Numbered from the stretch's first letter, positions 19,487 through 30,004 are shown. The stretch is 43,953 nucleotides of DNA from Flavobacteriaceae bacterium (GCA_947378465.1 CANCJZ010000001.1:1-43953), one strand, 5' to 3'. Numbers and translations are program-made. Notes: generated by a model not told the origin, from the sequence alone.

Positions 19487-21289
19487 ATGTCAGCAATGAG
19501 TCACGAACACGATCACCACGAACACGATCATCACGAACATCATCATAAGGATACTTTTATTACTAAATATATATTTAGTATTGATCATAAAATGATCGCT
19601 AAACAGTATCTTATTACTGGTACAATAATGGGTATTATTGGTGTGGGTATGTCGATGCTTTTCAGAATGCAATTAGCATGGCCTGAAGAGTCATTCAAAA
19701 TATTTAGCTTTTTCCTTGGAGAAAGAATGGCTCCAGGTGGAGTTATGAATAACGAAACTTATTTAGCCTTAGTTACTATTCACGGTACTATTATGGTATT
19801 CTTTGTATTAACTGCTGGTTTGAGTGGTACTTTTAGTAACCTTCTTATTCCATTACAGATTGGTGCACGAGACATGGCTTCTGGATTTATGAACATGATT
19901 TCTTATTGGATGTTCTTCCTTTCAAGTGTAATCATGGTTTGTTCTTTATTTGTTGAATCAGGACCTGCTTCTGCTGGATGGACGATTTATCCACCATTAA
20001 GTGCCTTGCCTCAAGCGATCCCAGGATCAGGATTAGGGATGACATTATGGTTAGTAGCAATGGCTATCTTTATCGCATCATCGTTGATGGGATCATTGAA
20101 CTACATTGTAACGGTAATCAACTTAAGAACAAAAGGGATGTCAATGACTAGAATGCCACTTACAATCTGGGCGTTCTTTATTACAGCTGTAATTGGGGTG
20201 ATATCATTCCCTGTATTATTATCAGCAGCCTTATTATTGATTTTTGATAGAAGTTTTGGTACTTCATTCTTCTTGTCTGATATTTATATTGCAGGAGAAG
20301 TATTAAACTATCAAGGTGGATCACCTGTATTATTCGAACACTTATTCTGGTTCTTAGGACACCCTGAAGTATATATCGTATTATTACCTGCATTAGGAAT
20401 TACTTCTGAAGTTATTGCTACTAATGCTCGTAAACCAATCTTTGGATACCGTGCGATGATCATGTCGATCTTAGCTATTGCTTTCTTGTCAACTATCGTA
20501 TGGGGTCACCACATGTTCGTATCAGGGATGAATCCATTCTTAGGATCGGTATTTACCTTTACGACCTTGTTGATTGCAATTCCATCTGCGGTAAAAGCAT
20601 TCAACTATATCACTACCATCTGGAAAGGTAACTTACAATTGAACCCAGCAATGTTGTTCTCTATTGGTTTAGTTTCTACTTTCATTACTGGAGGTTTGAC
20701 AGGATTAATTTTAGGAGACAGTACTTTGGATATCAATGTTCACGATACGTATTTCGTTGTCGCTCACTTCCACTTAGTAATGGGTATCTCTGCACTTTAC
20801 GGAATGTTTGCTGGTATCTACCACTGGTTCCCTAGAATGTTTGGAAGAATGTTAAACAAAAACTTAGGGTATGTTCACTTCTGGGTAACTGCTATCTGTG
20901 CGTATGGAGTATTCTTCCCAATGCACTTTATCGGAATGGCTGGTTTACCAAGACGTTACTATACCAACACCAATTTCCCTTTATTCGATGACTTACAAAA
21001 TGTAAACGTTGTTATTACAGCATTTGCATTAGTAGGAGGAGCATTCCAATTAGTGTTCTTATGGAACTTCTTCCACAGTATGTTCTTCGGAAAGAAAGCG
21101 GTTCAAAATCCATGGAGATCAAACACGTTAGAGTGGACTGCGCCTGTAGAGCACATGCACGGAAACTGGCCTGGAGAGATTCCAGAAGTTTACAGATGGC
21201 CTTACGATTATAGCAAACCAGGTCATGAAGAAGATTTCGTTCCTCAGAATGTACCAATGTTGCCTGGTGAAGAAGTATTACATCACTAA
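19487..21289 (+). CDS. coxA: Cytochrome c oxidase subunit I (A1 type)
   Basis: WFLGHPEVY, WGHHMF, HDTYFVVAHFH. Confidence 0.97.
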   Translation: MSAMSHEHDHHEHDHHEHHHKDTFITKYIFSIDHKMIAKQYLITGTIMGIIGVGMSMLFRMQLAWPEESFKIFSFFLGERMAPGGVMNNETYLALVTIHGTIMVFFVLTAGLSGTFSNLLIPLQIGARDMASGFMNMISYWMFFLSSVIMVCSLFVESGPASAGWTIYPPLSALPQAIPGSGLGMTLWLVAMAIFIASSLMGSLNYIVTVINLRTKGMSMTRMPLTIWAFFITAVIGVISFPVLLSAALLLIFDRSFGTSFFLSDIYIAGEVLNYQGGSPVLFEHLFWFLGHPEVYIVLLPALGITSEVIATNARKPIFGYRAMIMSILAIAFLSTIVWGHHMFVSGMNPFLGSVFTFTTLLIAIPSAVKAFNYITTIWKGNLQLNPAMLFSIGLVSTFITGGLTGLILGDSTLDINVHDTYFVVAHFHLVMGISALYGMFAGIYHWFPRMFGRMLNKNLGYVHFWVTAICAYGVFFPMHFIGMAGLPRRYYTNTNFPLFDDLQNVNVVITAFALVGGAFQLVFLWNFFHSMFFGKKAVQNPWRSNTLEWTAPVEHMHGNWPGEIPEVYRWPYDYSKPGHEEDFVPQNVPMLPGEEVLHH

Positions 21290-21307
21290 GAGTTACTATA
21301 CTATACT

Positions 21308-21340
21308 AAAAATGCCTTTCTTTATTAGAAAGGCATTTTT
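21308..21340 (+). terminator. Intrinsic terminator after cox operon
   Basis: aaaaatgcctttct-ttatt-agaaaggcattttt. Confidence 0.9.
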
Positions 21341-21372
21341 ATTTACCTTTGATTTTGTTATATATTTGTAAT

Positions 21373-22395
21373 ATGAACGAACATCTAGATCCTACTAATA
21401 CCAACTTTAATCCCGAAGAACTTGACCTTGAAAAAAAGTTAAGGCCGCTTTCCTTCGATGACTTTACTGGACAAGACCAAGTGCTTGATAATCTTAAGGT
21501 TTTTGTGGAAGCTGCGAACCAGCGTAACGAAGCTTTGGATCATGCCTTATTCCACGGACCTCCTGGATTAGGGAAGACCACATTGGCCAACATCCTTGCG
21601 AATGAATTAGGGGTAGGGATTAAAATTACTTCGGGGCCTGTATTGGATAAGCCGGGTGATTTGGCTGGTTTGTTAACCAATTTAGAAGAACGCGATGTGC
21701 TTTTTATAGATGAAATCCATCGATTGAGTCCTGTAGTGGAAGAGTATTTGTATTCGGCTATGGAGGATTACAAAATCGATATCATGATTGAGTCGGGGCC
21801 CAATGCACGTACCGTTCAAATTAATTTGAATCCCTTTACTCTTGTAGGTGCTACTACGCGCTCAGGACTTTTGACCGCACCTATGCGTGCGCGTTTCGGA
21901 ATCCAAAGCCGTTTACAGTATTATAATACCGAATTATTGACCACTATTGTACAACGTAGTGCGGCCATCTTGCGTATGCCGATTAAGATGGAAGCCGCTA
22001 TCGAGATTGCAGGACGCAGTCGTGGGACACCTCGTATCGCCAATGCTTTGTTGCGTCGCGTTCGTGATTTTGCACAAATTAAAGGGAATGGCACCATCGA
22101 TATTGAAATTGCGCGTTATGCCCTAGGGGCGTTGCACGTCGATGCGCACGGTTTGGATGAAATGGATAACAAAATCCTTGTAACAATCATCGATAAGTTT
22201 AAAGGAGGACCCGTTGGTCTTTCCACTTTGGCTACAGCCGTGTCTGAAAGTGGCGAAACAATAGAAGAAGTATACGAGCCGTTTTTGATTCAAGAAGGTT
22301 TTATTGTACGTACTCCTCGTGGTCGTGAAGTCACCGAAAAGGCCTATACTCATTTAGGAAAAATCAAACACAATATCCAAGGAGGTTTGTTTTAA
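21373..22395 (+). CDS. ruvB: Holliday junction branch migration helicase RuvB
   Basis: [32 protein letters not shown]. Start set at ATG 21373. Confidence 0.98.
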   Translation: MNEHLDPTNTNFNPEELDLEKKLRPLSFDDFTGQDQVLDNLKVFVEAANQRNEALDHALFHGPPGLGKTTLANILANELGVGIKITSGPVLDKPGDLAGLLTNLEERDVLFIDEIHRLSPVVEEYLYSAMEDYKIDIMIESGPNARTVQINLNPFTLVGATTRSGLLTAPMRARFGIQSRLQYYNTELLTTIVQRSAAILRMPIKMEAAIEIAGRSRGTPRIANALLRRVRDFAQIKGNGTIDIEIARYALGALHVDAHGLDEMDNKILVTIIDKFKGGPVGLSTLATAVSESGETIEEVYEPFLIQEGFIVRTPRGREVTEKAYTHLGKIKHNIQGGLF

Positions 22396-22410
22396 TATAA
22401 AATATACGCT

Positions 22411-23118
22411 ATGAAAAAGGTATTTCTATTTTTAGTTTTTTTCAAAATGGCAACTGTTTTTGGGCAGGATGTTCAGTTTATTGAAAAAGAAAACATACTC
22501 GACCGTCCCAAATACCAACAATTTGTGTATTTGATGGAGCAAACGAGTATTGCCAAATGCAAATTTGTAGGTCGAGTTAAAGCGACTGGAGCTTCACAAA
22601 ATGTGGTGGCTTTGTTTGATGCTATCAAACGCGAAACCCAACCTCTTGGGGCCAACTCATTTAAATTTCTTAGTTTTAAATGGTTTGACGCCAACGTATC
22701 CGAATTGATATTGGACGTTTTTTATAGTGATGACAGCACTTTACAGGATAATATTTCCTATATCCCTTTGAATAAGGTGTATATTTTTGGGAGTCCAGAC
22801 TTTTCGGTGACTTCCAATCAATCGTTTAAAGTGAATTCTGACAAATACAAAGTCGACAACGGTAAGTACCGTGTGTTTGATGTAGAAGTAGGACAGGTAT
22901 GTAAAATCAGCAAAGGTGGTTTTACCGGGATGTCCTTATGGGTGGATGGGGAAAAAGGCAAATTGAGCACTTTTCTGAGCTTTAACGGAATTGGAGTGAA
23001 TACAATTGGATTGAACCCTCGTGGGGGAGGCGGAATAGCTATTAACACCGGAAAAATCAATCACGTTGAGCAAAATTTAGCCTTGGCTTTGCTGAAAATT
23101 TATACACTACAAGAATAG
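22411..23118 (+). CDS. Hypothetical exported protein
   Basis: 235 aa, signal peptide, 15 bp after ruvB in the same orientation. Confidence 0.75.
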   Translation: MKKVFLFLVFFKMATVFGQDVQFIEKENILDRPKYQQFVYLMEQTSIAKCKFVGRVKATGASQNVVALFDAIKRETQPLGANSFKFLSFKWFDANVSELILDVFYSDDSTLQDNISYIPLNKVYIFGSPDFSVTSNQSFKVNSDKYKVDNGKYRVFDVEVGQVCKISKGGFTGMSLWVDGEKGKLSTFLSFNGIGVNTIGLNPRGGGGIAINTGKINHVEQNLALALLKIYTLQE

Positions 23119-23131
23119 TAAATTTATCATT

Positions 23132-24052
23132 CTGAATAACAAATCAAAGTATACCGCATTTATCAAAGCCGAGGCCCTGCGTCTCGGCTTTATGTCGTGT
23201 GGCATCTCGAAAGCGGGTTTTTTAGAAGAAGAAGCGCCGCGATTGGAACGATGGTTGAAGGACGAACGCCATGGTTCGATGGGGTATATGGCAGATTATT
23301 TTGACAAGCGTCTTGATCCAACCCTTTTAGTGGAAGATTCGAAAAGCGTCGTGTCTCTTTTGTTGAACTATTATCCAGAGCAAACCCAAAATCCAGATTC
23401 TTATAAAATTTCCAAATATGCTTATGGTAAAGACTACCATTCGGTGATTAAGAAAAAGACCAAAAAGTTACTTCGAAGCATACGAAACGAAATTGGAGAT
23501 GTTTCTGGTCGTGCCTTTGTAGATTTTGCCCCAGTGATGGAAAAGGCTTGGGCGGCCAAAAGCGGTCTGGGATGGATGGGGAAAAATGCGAATCTGATTA
23601 CACAACGAGTGGGTTCCTTTTATTTTATAGCCGAACTGATAATTGACTTGGAATTGGAGTACGACACCATTACTACGGACCATTGTGGTACGTGTACTGC
23701 TTGTATCGATACTTGTCCTACTCAAGCGATTGTAGCGCCTTATATTGTTGATGGAAGTAAGTGCATTTCCTACTATACTATTGAGCTTAAAGAAGCCCTT
23801 CCGCAAGAAATGAAAGGTAAGTTTGACGATTGGGCTTTTGGTTGTGATGTCTGTCAGGATGTGTGTCCTTGGAATAGCTTTTCTAAACCCCATCAAGAGC
23901 CCTTGTTTCAACCGTATCCCGAGCTTTTGTCGTTTTCACGAAAAGATTGGGATGAAATTACTGCCGATACATTTGATAAAGTTTTTACAAATTCCCCTTT
24001 AAAGCGCGTCAAACTGGAAGGCTTGCAGCGCAATATCAATTTTCTTAAATAA
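23132..24052 (+). CDS. queG: tRNA epoxyqueuosine(34) reductase QueG
   Basis: [36 protein letters not shown]. Similarity extends 5' of ATG 23192 ([10 protein letters not shown]), so the start is uncertain (CTG 23132 used). Confidence 0.93.
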   Translation: MNNKSKYTAFIKAEALRLGFMSCGISKAGFLEEEAPRLERWLKDERHGSMGYMADYFDKRLDPTLLVEDSKSVVSLLLNYYPEQTQNPDSYKISKYAYGKDYHSVIKKKTKKLLRSIRNEIGDVSGRAFVDFAPVMEKAWAAKSGLGWMGKNANLITQRVGSFYFIAELIIDLELEYDTITTDHCGTCTACIDTCPTQAIVAPYIVDGSKCISYYTIELKEALPQEMKGKFDDWAFGCDVCQDVCPWNSFSKPHQEPLFQPYPELLSFSRKDWDEITADTFDKVFTNSPLKRVKLEGLQRNINFLK

Positions 24053-24212
24053 CTTCGGATTGAATTATTTCAAGCAATTGAAAATAATTGTAGTTGTTTG
24101 TTTTAATTACATAATTTCTTGCTTTTTTTTATTATGTGAAATGCTTGATGTGTTGAGAATTTACATCAATTGGTTCTTTGTGGAAAGAGATTCTTAGATA
24201 GTGGTTTATTAT

Positions 24213-24560
24213 CACGCCAAGGCGCTAAGACGCAAAGCTGTTGCGTAATCTCTTTGGTGCTTTGGTACTTAGAAACTTTGGCATTTTGAAATTTTATTTA
24301 TTGCAAATTCACGAACTAATCTAAATTTATGTTTTACACAAATTCGTGTAGTGTTGGAATTATACCAGTTATCAATTAGGTAATGCAATTGATTTAAATC
24401 GATAGGATTTGTTTCAAATAACCACATAGATTCATAGTTATATAGAACACTCAAAGACGCTTTGCTCAACATAGAGCACATAGTCATCCCGTATGAATCA
24501 CTATGTGAAATACAATGCTTATTTGTACTTTAACAGAACAAGGGCTATGTCTCTAGGTGA
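24213..24560. repeat. Cluster of decayed short-unit inverted-repeat (REP-like) elements
   Basis: 8-bp units cgccaagg/cgctaaga/cgcaaagc facing ctttggtg/ctttggta/cttagaaa/ctttggca; cacgaa...ttcgtg; cacatag...ctatgtg sets. Confidence 0.55.
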
Positions 24561-24654
24561 TTTGAATTTTATCATTTTAGAAAAAATTTAGATTTAGCTA
24601 GAAGAAATGATTGTTTCAATGAAAAGTATATACACCATTTTACAATTTCAATCG

Positions 24655-24906
24655 AATCGTTCTATCGAGCAAGTGTAGCTTTGTCGCGAAAACACTTAGC
24701 GTTGTTGCGATAACGTTAAGCTTTGTCGCGAGTATTGAAAGCGTTATAGCGAAAACACTAATCGTTCTATCGAGTAAATGAATCGTTGTACAGATTAAGT
24801 CAATCGTTGATGCGAGAATCAATAGCGTTGTTGCGAGTACTATTAGCGTTGTCGCGAAAATGGAAAGCGTTATCGCGATATCTAATAGCGTTGTGAAAAG
24901 GACTAT
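24655..24906. repeat. Degenerate 21-bp tandem array D (12 units)
   Basis: Units start every 21 bp from 24655 to 24886, e.g. aatcgttctatcgagcaagtg / tagcgttgttgcgataacgtt / aagcgttatcgcgatatctaa. Confidence 0.92.
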
Positions 24907-25291
24907 TTACTAGATGAAAATTGATATTTTATCTTCATCGATAAATGATTACTTGATTTGACGGAGGTTGTTCATTTTATAAAAAATAAAAAGTTCTGTT
25001 AGTTTTAATCTGAAAAATGAATCATTTAATCATTTTAATAAAAAAATCTTCTCCAACCATTCCAAACGATTGGATTTGTAAGTGATGGATTAAGCGTAAA
25101 TTAAGTCTATTTTTTTGGTCTAATTTAAGGAAATTAGTAAATCTTGAAATTATTTTTAACAATTACTTAAAAGAGACTTCCTTTTTTTTACTTTTGCAAA
25201 ATATTAGTAACGGTTTGATACAATAAAGGTGTTCGATTGCAGTTACTTAATAAAGCGTAGCATTCGTTTTTTTTAAACACTTATCAGTTCA

Positions 25292-26689
25292 ATGAACAAT
25301 AATAAAAAGGTTGTTTTCCTTATTGTAGTAGTTACTATTATCCATTTATTATTGTCTGTATTTTCCAGCGAGTTCATCCGCTATTACCCTAACTTTAAGA
25401 ATGTAAACTTACTGTCGGACATTTTGTATGACGCTAAGGGTAAAACGCAGCAATCCAAGCAACAAAACGCAATTGATCAGGAGGAAATAGCGCAATCATT
25501 GCCCTATAATGATTTTGATTCGTATGTAAAAAAGGGAACTATTGTTGCTTTTAACGGAGATACGATTGAACCGGCATTAAAAAGTTTTAATGAAAAGCTA
25601 ATACAACTTTCCCAAAACAAAAAAGTCAAAATCCGAATTGCATGGTTTGGCGATAGTCAAATAGAAGGCGACTTTATAACCCAAGATTTGCGAGTTATGT
25701 TGCAAAATTATTTTGGGCAGCAATCGGGTGTTGGGTTTATCCCGATCAATTCGATCTCGTCTGACTTTAGACATTCGGCTAAGTTAGTCACCACTGGCGA
25801 TGTTCGATCTGACAATTTCAAAAAATCGATTCGCAATTCCAGTCTTTTCTTTTCGGGTTACTCTTTCTTTTGTAATGATTTAGGGGTTGACTTTAAGGAT
25901 AACGTTAAAAAGAGTCCTGATCAAATTACTCAGAAGTGGTTGTTGTATGGAAAAGGTGATACGATAGCGGTGCGTACTAACGACTCCCTTATGCGTTATC
26001 CAGCGGATAAGGAATTCAATCGAATATTGTTGAACAGTTCGACTTCGAATAAAATGCATTGCCAAATCAATGCGGGCAATACTCCTTTGTACGGAATTAG
26101 TTCCGAACCTCAATCCGGTATTATCGTCGATAACTTTTCGTTTAGAGGGATTACTGGGGTGGAGTTAAAAAAGCTGGATGCCAAACTATTGGCGGAGCTT
26201 AACCAATCTGGTTACTATGATTTGATTGTATTTCAATACGGAGTTAATTTGATGTACAAGCCGAATGACACCAATTACAAGTATTACTACCGCGCGATGA
26301 ATCCGGTGATTAAAAAGCTGAAAGCGAATTTGAACAAATCCGAATTTTTGTTATTTGGTTGTTCGGATAGAGCTTTTAATTATGATGGAGAATGGAAAAC
26401 CGCAGTGGGTATTGATTCGTTGATTACTACTCAAGCCAAATTGGCTTATGATAACAATATCCCTTTTTATAATTTATATAAATCGATGGGAGGTAACGGT
26501 ACTATTGTCAAATGGGCTGACAGCTTACAGTACGCCAATAAGGATTATATCCATTTTAATCACCGCGGTTCGAGAGTGGTAGCGAAAATGATTTATAATG
26601 CCATCATCAATGACTATAATAAGGCCGTAAAGAAAAAATCGAGTTCGGTATCCGTTCAAGCTAATAGCAAAAAAGACATCAAAATATGA
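25292..26689 (+). CDS. SGNH/GDSL-family membrane-anchored protein (PatB-like O-acetyltransferase candidate)
   Basis: N-terminal TM; WFGDSQIEGD, FRGITG, YGVN, KDYIHF blocks; overlaps the MBOAT gene by 4 bp; TACTTTTG -7 box at 25189-25196. Confidence 0.8.
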   Translation: MNNNKKVVFLIVVVTIIHLLLSVFSSEFIRYYPNFKNVNLLSDILYDAKGKTQQSKQQNAIDQEEIAQSLPYNDFDSYVKKGTIVAFNGDTIEPALKSFNEKLIQLSQNKKVKIRIAWFGDSQIEGDFITQDLRVMLQNYFGQQSGVGFIPINSISSDFRHSAKLVTTGDVRSDNFKKSIRNSSLFFSGYSFFCNDLGVDFKDNVKKSPDQITQKWLLYGKGDTIAVRTNDSLMRYPADKEFNRILLNSSTSNKMHCQINAGNTPLYGISSEPQSGIIVDNFSFRGITGVELKKLDAKLLAELNQSGYYDLIVFQYGVNLMYKPNDTNYKYYYRAMNPVIKKLKANLNKSEFLLFGCSDRAFNYDGEWKTAVGIDSLITTQAKLAYDNNIPFYNLYKSMGGNGTIVKWADSLQYANKDYIHFNHRGSRVVAKMIYNAIINDYNKAVKKKSSSVSVQANSKKDIKI

Positions 26690-28164
26690 TAAACATCGAT
26701 TGGGGGAAATTGCAAGACCAGTTTTTGTATGATGCTCATAATCCATTATTGTTCAATAGTGGGTTCTTTGTTTATTTCCTATTTGTTTTTATTCTCTTTT
26801 ACTACCTTTTCCGCAAGAACTATATGCATCGAGCGATGGTTTTGACGGTGTTCTCGTTGTATTTCTTTTATAAAGCGAGCGGTAGCTTTGTATTGTTGGT
26901 AGTGCTGTCAGCGGTGTTTAACTTTGGGATTTCGAACTTAATATTTAAATATCCGAAACAGTCCGTTAAAAAGTTCTTTCTTTTGATCAGTGTGCTGGTC
27001 AATCTAGGGCTGTTATTTTATTTTAAATACACCAATTTCTTTATTGAATTGGTCAATAGTTTTTCGACCGTTCATTTTAATGCCCTGCACATTTTATTGC
27101 CTATTGGAATCTCGTTCTTTACTTTCGAGAACCTGAGTTATACGATTGATGTGTACCGCGGGGAAATCGAACCTGAGAAGGGAATCGTCAATTATATGTT
27201 GTTCCTGTCCTTTTTTCCCAAGCTGGTGATGGGGCCTATTGTAAGAGCAAAAGATTTTATCCCTCAATTAAAGCAACCCTACCATGTTAGCGATACTGAT
27301 TTTTCCAAAGGATTCTATCTGATTATTTCGGGATTGATTAAAAAGTTGATTATCTCGGATTATATCACGCTGAATTTGGTGAATTACGTATTCGACGGTC
27401 CTAATTTGCACAATGGATTCGAATGTTTGATTGCTTTATACGGTTATGCGATTGTAATATACTGTGATTTTAGCGGTTATAGCGATGTGGCCATTGGAAT
27501 TTCCAAATGGATGGGGATTACCATCCCAACGAACTTCCTGTCGCCTTATCAAAGTAAGTCCATCAGTGAATTCTGGCGTCGTTGGCACATTTCATTGTCG
27601 AGTTGGTTGCGAGATTATTTGTACATCTCTATGGGTGGGAACCGAAAAGGCAAATTCCGCACGAATATCAACTTATTTTTGACGATGTTAATAGGAGGTT
27701 TTTGGCATGGAGCCAGCTGGAATTTTATCATCTGGGGAGCGATGCACGGAACAGGCTTAATGATTAACAAAGTATGGACCTCTATATTTGGAAAATTCAA
27801 AATTCTGCCTGCTTTTATGAGCAATTTTATCTACGGATTGTTGACGTTCCATTTTGTAATATTCTGTTGGATCTTCTTTAAGGCAGCCGACTTGCCGACA
27901 GCGATGGAGTTTATCCATCAAATAGTATATCAATTCACCTTTGATGGAGCGCAGGAGTATTGGTTCAATTATCAGGTGCCGATTATTATGATCGTGATTG
28001 GCTATATGATTCATTTGATTCCGGATAGCTTTGCCGATAAGTTTGTCGACAAACAAAAGCATTTTCCATTAATTTATCACGTGGTGGTAACCTTGCTATT
28101 TATCGTATTGTATTCCTACTTTAAAAGTGCCGAGCCAGTAATGCCAATCTATTTGCAATTCTAA
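26686..28164 (+). CDS. MBOAT O-acyltransferase (AlgI/PatA/DltB family)
   Basis: LPIGISFFTF, DFSGYSDVAIG, EFWRRWHISLSSWLRDYLY, GFWHGA. Confidence 0.95.
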   Translation: MINIDWGKLQDQFLYDAHNPLLFNSGFFVYFLFVFILFYYLFRKNYMHRAMVLTVFSLYFFYKASGSFVLLVVLSAVFNFGISNLIFKYPKQSVKKFFLLISVLVNLGLLFYFKYTNFFIELVNSFSTVHFNALHILLPIGISFFTFENLSYTIDVYRGEIEPEKGIVNYMLFLSFFPKLVMGPIVRAKDFIPQLKQPYHVSDTDFSKGFYLIISGLIKKLIISDYITLNLVNYVFDGPNLHNGFECLIALYGYAIVIYCDFSGYSDVAIGISKWMGITIPTNFLSPYQSKSISEFWRRWHISLSSWLRDYLYISMGGNRKGKFRTNINLFLTMLIGGFWHGASWNFIIWGAMHGTGLMINKVWTSIFGKFKILPAFMSNFIYGLLTFHFVIFCWIFFKAADLPTAMEFIHQIVYQFTFDGAQEYWFNYQVPIIMIVIGYMIHLIPDSFADKFVDKQKHFPLIYHVVVTLLFIVLYSYFKSAEPVMPIYLQF

Positions 28165-29402
28165 TGTGCGTTGATCTTTTTAGATAAAAAATCATTCCAT
28201 ACTTTGGCGAAAGCCGCCACAAAAAGATTCCCTTGAAGGACGTATCCTTCCTTAGAGAAGTGTACTAAGTCACCGCGCAATAATTGTAAGGCTTTCCAAC
28301 TTGAGGCGCCATTGAGCCCATTACTGACGTTGAATAAATCCCAATACACTAAGTTGTTCTGTTCGCAATAATCGATTACGGCATTCGTAATGGTGGCGAG
28401 GGAAGCATTGGGTTTGCTTTTTTTAAAATAAGAAACTGGAGGTGTTGAAATAATGATGCAGGCATTAGGGGAAATGGCTTTGAGGTGATCGACAGTGATG
28501 CGCACTTGAGCGATAAAATCCAATGGTGCAATATTAGGGTCCTGTGCTTCATTTGTTCCTAAAGAGATGACATAGCAATCGGCGTGGAGTTGTTCGATTT
28601 GTTTCCAAAAAAGAGGAGTTTTATTATAGTCCGAAAACTTAGCTCCGTTGGCCCCAATACTATGGTATAACACGCCACCTACATCTTTTTTCTCCAAAGA
28701 AGCGCCATAGAACTGAATGGTATCAAGGGTGGGGAACGAAAGTTTGAATCCCGAGGACATCGACTTTAGGCAAACCGAAGTAAAGTCGGTTGCTTTAGGA
28801 AAACACATCGATTCGTATTGCGATTCATTGTAGTCGAGTTGCATTTCCGATACTTTGCCACCCATAAAGAAATCGATTTTGTCGAAGGTTTCCTTTTTGT
28901 TGTCAATGGTTCGAAATTCGAAGTTAAACTCTGGATTGATGGTACAGGATTGCATTCCAAAGCCCGAAATTCCACAAGCGATAGTAGTGTCGGCTTTAGT
29001 GATTCGATTGCCTTTCCAGCTCGATTTAGAGTTGGATATTAAATCGACTGGGGCATTGGATTTGATGACTTGGTAAGGGAATATCAGTCCGCGGCCTGCA
29101 TTTCCAAAAAAGGATTGCATTTCTGTTCGGATAACGGAAGTCATCATATCCGCCTGGATATGGGAATCGCCCAAATGGACGATGACTGCTTTTTCGTTGC
29201 TGAAATGCTTGATACGGTATAATTTGCTTAATAAAGGAAATAAGGAATTGGTATTGTTCAGATTGTTTTTGCTGAGATTCAATTTGTCAATAATACAAGA
29301 ATCTAGTTTTTTGGTTGTCCAATAATCGTTCTCTTGTGCTTGCGATTGCAAAACAAGTAGGAGGAATAATCCAATTGAAACGATTGTTTTTTTACTACAC
29401 AT
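28161..29402 (-). CDS. Secreted SGNH/GDSL esterase or acetyltransferase
   Basis: Signal peptide; HLGDSHIQAD, GANGA, LGTNE, GDLVHF; TATCTTTG -7 box at 29489-29482. Confidence 0.85.
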   Translation of the reverse strand: MCSKKTIVSIGLFLLLVLQSQAQENDYWTTKKLDSCIIDKLNLSKNNLNNTNSLFPLLSKLYRIKHFSNEKAVIVHLGDSHIQADMMTSVIRTEMQSFFGNAGRGLIFPYQVIKSNAPVDLISNSKSSWKGNRITKADTTIACGISGFGMQSCTINPEFNFEFRTIDNKKETFDKIDFFMGGKVSEMQLDYNESQYESMCFPKATDFTSVCLKSMSSGFKLSFPTLDTIQFYGASLEKKDVGGVLYHSIGANGAKFSDYNKTPLFWKQIEQLHADCYVISLGTNEAQDPNIAPLDFIAQVRITVDHLKAISPNACIIISTPPVSYFKKSKPNASLATITNAVIDYCEQNNLVYWDLFNVSNGLNGASSWKALQLLRGDLVHFSKEGYVLQGNLFVAAFAKVWNDFLSKKINAH

Positions 29403-29542
29403 TAACCTTTTGATTGTACTGTATGATGACTGCTATTATCGAGGTTACCCTCCTCTATTTCTCTTTTAAAAAAGAGGATTGCAAAGATAGTTTTTTTACT
29501 TCATTTTATTTTGACAACTTTGCCACTATTAAAGCTAAGCTT

Positions 29543-30004
29543 ATGAAACTTCATTTGAATAAGATAACGTTGGTATTGTTTATTAATTGTTTGTTTGCGA
29601 CCTATTCATTCGCACGTCCCACGCATCCCTATGTAGTACAATACAAAAGCTTATCGGATTCTTTGTCGGTGCAGTATGGGATTCCTTCCTCGGTTATTTT
29701 GTCTATTGCGATATTGGAATCCGATTACGGTAGGAGTAGGGTGGCGGTACAATTGCACAATCACTTTGGATTTACCGGAGCGAATAAAGCTCCTTGGCGT
29801 ACACGCTTTAAACAATACACTACTGATAGGGCCTCGTTCGTTGACTTCTGTGATAAAATCGCTAAGACTAAATTCTACTCCCAGCTTAAAGGTACCAATA
29901 GTCTTTCCAAATGGATATTGCACATTAGTAGAATGGGGTATTCCACGCAACCGAAAAAGTGGAAGCGAAAGGTGATGAAGACTATTTTAATCAATAAGCT
30001 ATAA
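29543..30004 (+). CDS. Glucosaminidase-domain (GH73-like) peptidoglycan hydrolase
   Basis: YGIPSSVILSIAILESDYG, NHFG, GYST motifs; signal peptide from ATG 29543. Confidence 0.8.
   Translation: MKLHLNKITLVLFINCLFATYSFARPTHPYVVQYKSLSDSLSVQYGIPSSVILSIAILESDYGRSRVAVQLHNHFGFTGANKAPWRTRFKQYTTDRASFVDFCDKIAKTKFYSQLKGTNSLSKWILHISRMGYSTQPKKWKRKVMKTILINKL

Noticed and set aside
9752-21289. ACIII-aa3 operon as a novel system
   Set aside because: Well described in Flavobacterium; gene order and six-heme ActA are as expected.
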